Shown here: in pieces, positions 25,527-28,013 of the stretch
Layout: every line of letters begins with the position of its first letter
How positions within the stretch are numbered: position 1 is the first letter of the stretch
Source: a virus
Lineage: Duplodnaviria; Caudoviricetes
IMG/VR virus record: IMGVR_UViG_3300049844_000005
Coordinates: 1-28,013 of that record
Reading direction: 5' to 3' (one strand)
DNA: 28,013 bases
Made by a program: the position numbers and the translations under genes
Notes under the pieces: generated by a model
Databases searched by the model: none
What the model was told of the DNA's origin: nothing
What the model saw: the letters and a program-made list of their open reading frames with translations, nothing else

Positions 25527-28013
25527 ATGGAAGAAGAAGTTTTAAATCCAATAACTCCTCAAGAGTTTTCAAGTAAAATAAAAGCTAAATATCCTCAATA
25601 CAAAGACATTGATGATGTTTCATTGGCTAAAAAAATGGTGGAGAAATATCCAGAGTATTCTGGACAAGTAGACTTCGGTTTAAAAAAAAAAGACGGATCT
25701 CAACCTACATATCGAAAAAATCTTTTGGAATTGGTATCGAAACCAAAAAAGCAAGGTACTTTATTGGGTACAGAGCCTCAAAAGAAAACTTCGGAATCGG
25801 TATCTTTAAATGGAACTACAAAGAGTAGATTTGGTAAGGTAGCTACTTCTAAACCAACTCCTGTTGGAATGAAGAAACTTAATGGTAAGTTATCTAACGA
25901 TGACTTATCTAAGATGAAAGCTACTAATAAACCAGAGGCTAACGTAATACAACAACCTAGTGAAAATCCTAGAGACGGATTCCTTGATTACTTAAGTGAT
26001 ACTGCTGAGGTTGGAGTTCTTTCTGCTGAAAAATTCCTAGTAGATACTCCAGAGATGATTTATGATTTAGCTTCTCAAGCTAACATGTTACCAACTGGAC
26101 AAGTAGACAGAGCAATTACAGAAGCAACTGGAATTACTCCATTTAAAAGAATGCAGAAGCAACTTGGCTTTGAAAATATACCATCTAATATACTAAAAGA
26201 AAAGATAGATGGCTTGAATAAAAGAATTCAAGACAAAAGTCAAGATTATGGAGGAGATCCTTTATCAGCTATTGAAAATGGTAGGTATTCAGATGCGGCT
26301 AAATTAATAGCTGGTTCAACACTACAATCAGCACCAATGATGGCTATAGCTATAGGTACTGGTGGTGGAACTGCCGGATTAGCTTCTATAGGTGTATTGA
26401 CTGCTTCCGGAAAATATCAAGAAAATTTAGATAAAAAAGAACTTTCTCAAAACGAAAGATTACTTAATGCTTCTGCCTCTGGAGTTTTAGAGTCTACATT
26501 GGGTCACTTTTTCTCTGGTGCATCTGGAGCTGTTGCTAAAAGAATACTTAAAGATAAAGGTGTAGAGGCAGGTTCTAAGATACTTTCAAATTCCTTTAGA
26601 AGGGTTGCTGAGAAAAGTATAATGAAAAATCCTATTGTTGGACTTGTTGGTGAGGTACTTGAAGAAACTGCTGTAGAAGGTGGTGAGCAATTAAATGATT
26701 TTTCAGTTGGTCTTAGAGATAGTTTTGACGGTAGAGCCGCTATAAATGCTGGTTTGTCTTCTCTTGGATTAGGTGGTACTAACACTGTATCTGTATATGG
26801 AGCAAAAGCATATATGTCAGCTAAGAAATATGGTCAAATAAAGAAGACCAATAAAGCTATATCTAGACTTCAAAACGAAATGAATAATGAAGGTATTAGC
26901 GAGGAGAGTAAAAAGATTTTTCAAATAAAGTCTGAGGAACTTATATCTAATAATAAAAAAGCTTTAGGTGAGGAGATTGAGAAATTAAAAATGCTTTCTT
27001 CAGAAGATAAATCATTACTTAATAAGACCAATAGTGTTATTGATGAGGCTATGGCTTCATTTGATAACATTAAAGAAGATAAAACATTATCTCCGGAAGC
27101 AAAAAGAATAGCTACTGCTGAGATATATAAAGACTACGTTGAAGCTAGCAAGGTTAAGAAAGGTATATTGTCAAAACTAAACGATGTAAAGGTTGATGGT
27201 GATTTCACTGATTTCACTGGGGTGCCTTTGGATTTCGATGTAGAGACTAGTGGAGTTGGTTCTTTACCTATCAACAAACAAAATGAATTAAATAAAAAAG
27301 CTCTTGATGAGTTAAATACAGAGTTAAATCCAACTGGTACTGAGCAAGTAGACATCACTAAAGATATGGTGTCTAAAAGAGCTAATGAATTGTACGAAAA
27401 AGAAACTGAGGTTGTACAGCCAATTCAAGAAGATGTAATTCCTACCCAAGAAGAAGTTGTTGATGACAATCAGAAAAATGTAGAGGATTTGCGTTCAGAT
27501 GAGCAGTTAGAATTGAAAGAAAAATTACCTAATGCGGAATTAAACGAGGAAGGTAAAATTGATTTAGAAAAACTAAGTACAGAAGATAAAGCTATTTACG
27601 ATGAAGTATACGATAGGTATGATAAATTAATCACTCCTTTACTACCTAAAAGCGAGAATAAAGATACAAATGTAGAAGATGTTGTTGAGGAAGATATTAA
27701 ACCTGAAGATATAAAGGTTTCTAAAAAAGAAGATGGCGATTTTGACACTAAAGCTATAGATGTATTTAAGGCTGGTTTAGAAGCTATTAAGATAACAAAA
27801 GCCACTTCAAAAGCTAAATTAAAATCATTAACAGATACAGTTAATTCTTTAGTCAAAGGTGAAGATGGAAAAGCTAGAAAAGGAAGTATAAGTGTAAAAC
27901 AAGCAAATTCAATAATAAAAAGAATAGGAAATCTAAACTTAGACAATCCTAAGACAACAGATAAATTAATAGAATACGTTACTAATATTGTCAACAATGC
28001 AGAATATAAAGAC
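25527..28013 (+). CDS. Large internal virion/ejection protein (3'-truncated; absent from ORF track because it has no stop)
   Basis: ATG 25527 MEEEVLNPITPQEFSSKIKAKYPQYKDIDDVSLAKKMVEKYPEY..., still in frame at the window end (at least 829 codons); Gly/Ala-rich hydrophobic stretch at about 26300-26800. Confidence 0.85.
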   Translation, partial: MEEEVLNPITPQEFSSKIKAKYPQYKDIDDVSLAKKMVEKYPEYSGQVDFGLKKKDGSQPTYRKNLLELVSKPKKQGTLLGTEPQKKTSESVSLNGTTKSRFGKVATSKPTPVGMKKLNGKLSNDDLSKMKATNKPEANVIQQPSENPRDGFLDYLSDTAEVGVLSAEKFLVDTPEMIYDLASQANMLPTGQVDRAITEATGITPFKRMQKQLGFENIPSNILKEKIDGLNKRIQDKSQDYGGDPLSAIENGRYSDAAKLIAGSTLQSAPMMAIAIGTGGGTAGLASIGVLTASGKYQENLDKKELSQNERLLNASASGVLESTLGHFFSGASGAVAKRILKDKGVEAGSKILSNSFRRVAEKSIMKNPIVGLVGEVLEETAVEGGEQLNDFSVGLRDSFDGRAAINAGLSSLGLGGTNTVSVYGAKAYMSAKKYGQIKKTNKAISRLQNEMNNEGISEESKKIFQIKSEELISNNKKALGEEIEKLKMLSSEDKSLLNKTNSVIDEAMASFDNIKEDKTLSPEAKRIATAEIYKDYVEASKVKKGILSKLNDVKVDGDFTDFTGVPLDFDVETSGVGSLPINKQNELNKKALDELNTELNPTGTEQVDITKDMVSKRANELYEKETEVVQPIQEDVIPTQEEVVDDNQKNVEDLRSDEQLELKEKLPNAELNEEGKIDLEKLSTEDKAIYDEVYDRYDKLITPLLPKSENKDTNVEDVVEEDIKPEDIKVSKKEDGDFDTKAIDVFKAGLEAIKITKATSKAKLKSLTDTVNSLVKGEDGKARKGSISVKQANSIIKRIGNLNLDNPKTTDKLIEYVTNIVNNAEYKD
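25679..25828 (+). other. Candidate -1 frameshift/slippage site with overlapping -1 reading frame
   Basis: T_TTA_AAA_AAA_AAA_G (A10 at 25682-25691). The -1 frame reads RRISTYISKKSFGIGIETKKARYFIGYRASKENFGIGIFKWNYKE, stop TAG 25826-28. Confidence 0.55.

Noticed and set aside
3754-27997. All other minus-strand ORFs in the track
   Set aside because: Shadow frames of + strand genes, with no independent promoters or recognisable motifs.
25527-28013. Virion RNA polymerase, as in crAss-like phages
   Set aside because: No catalytic DxDxD-type motif recognised in the visible part, and the gene is truncated by the window edge.

Overview
A 28-kb, AT-rich stretch of a tailed dsDNA phage, with all credible genes on the + strand and the standard genetic code. 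Gene order: tail fibre and accessory genes, lysis cassette (holin, M15 peptidase endolysin, putative u-spanin), GroES-like gene, terminase, portal, acidic scaffold, major capsid protein, five tRNAs, head-tail/ring and muzzle-like genes, GNAT-like gene, and internal virion proteins running off the right edge. Gene sizes and order resemble crAss-like podoviruses. Seven intergenic TAnnTTTGCA elements point to a Bacteroidota host. The main discovery is at 13838-14369. An unannotated 23-codon, probably leaderless ORF contains CTA-CGT-CAC-CCG-CAA-CAA (Leu-Arg-His-Pro-Gln-Gln), exactly the codons read by the five downstream tRNAs. It is embedded in a complete 1:2 / 2:3 / 3:4 attenuator whose terminator ends just before the first tRNA. 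All five tRNAs read C-starting codons (G36) and all have A37 rather than G37. This suggests a tRNA-shortage-sensing switch that releases TrmD/m1G37-independent backup tRNAs. Secondary findings: a probable -1 frameshift or slippage site in the last large gene, a thrombospondin type-1 domain inside a split muzzle locus, and a candidate antisense sRNA. Product names come from motif recognition and synteny only; no searches were run.
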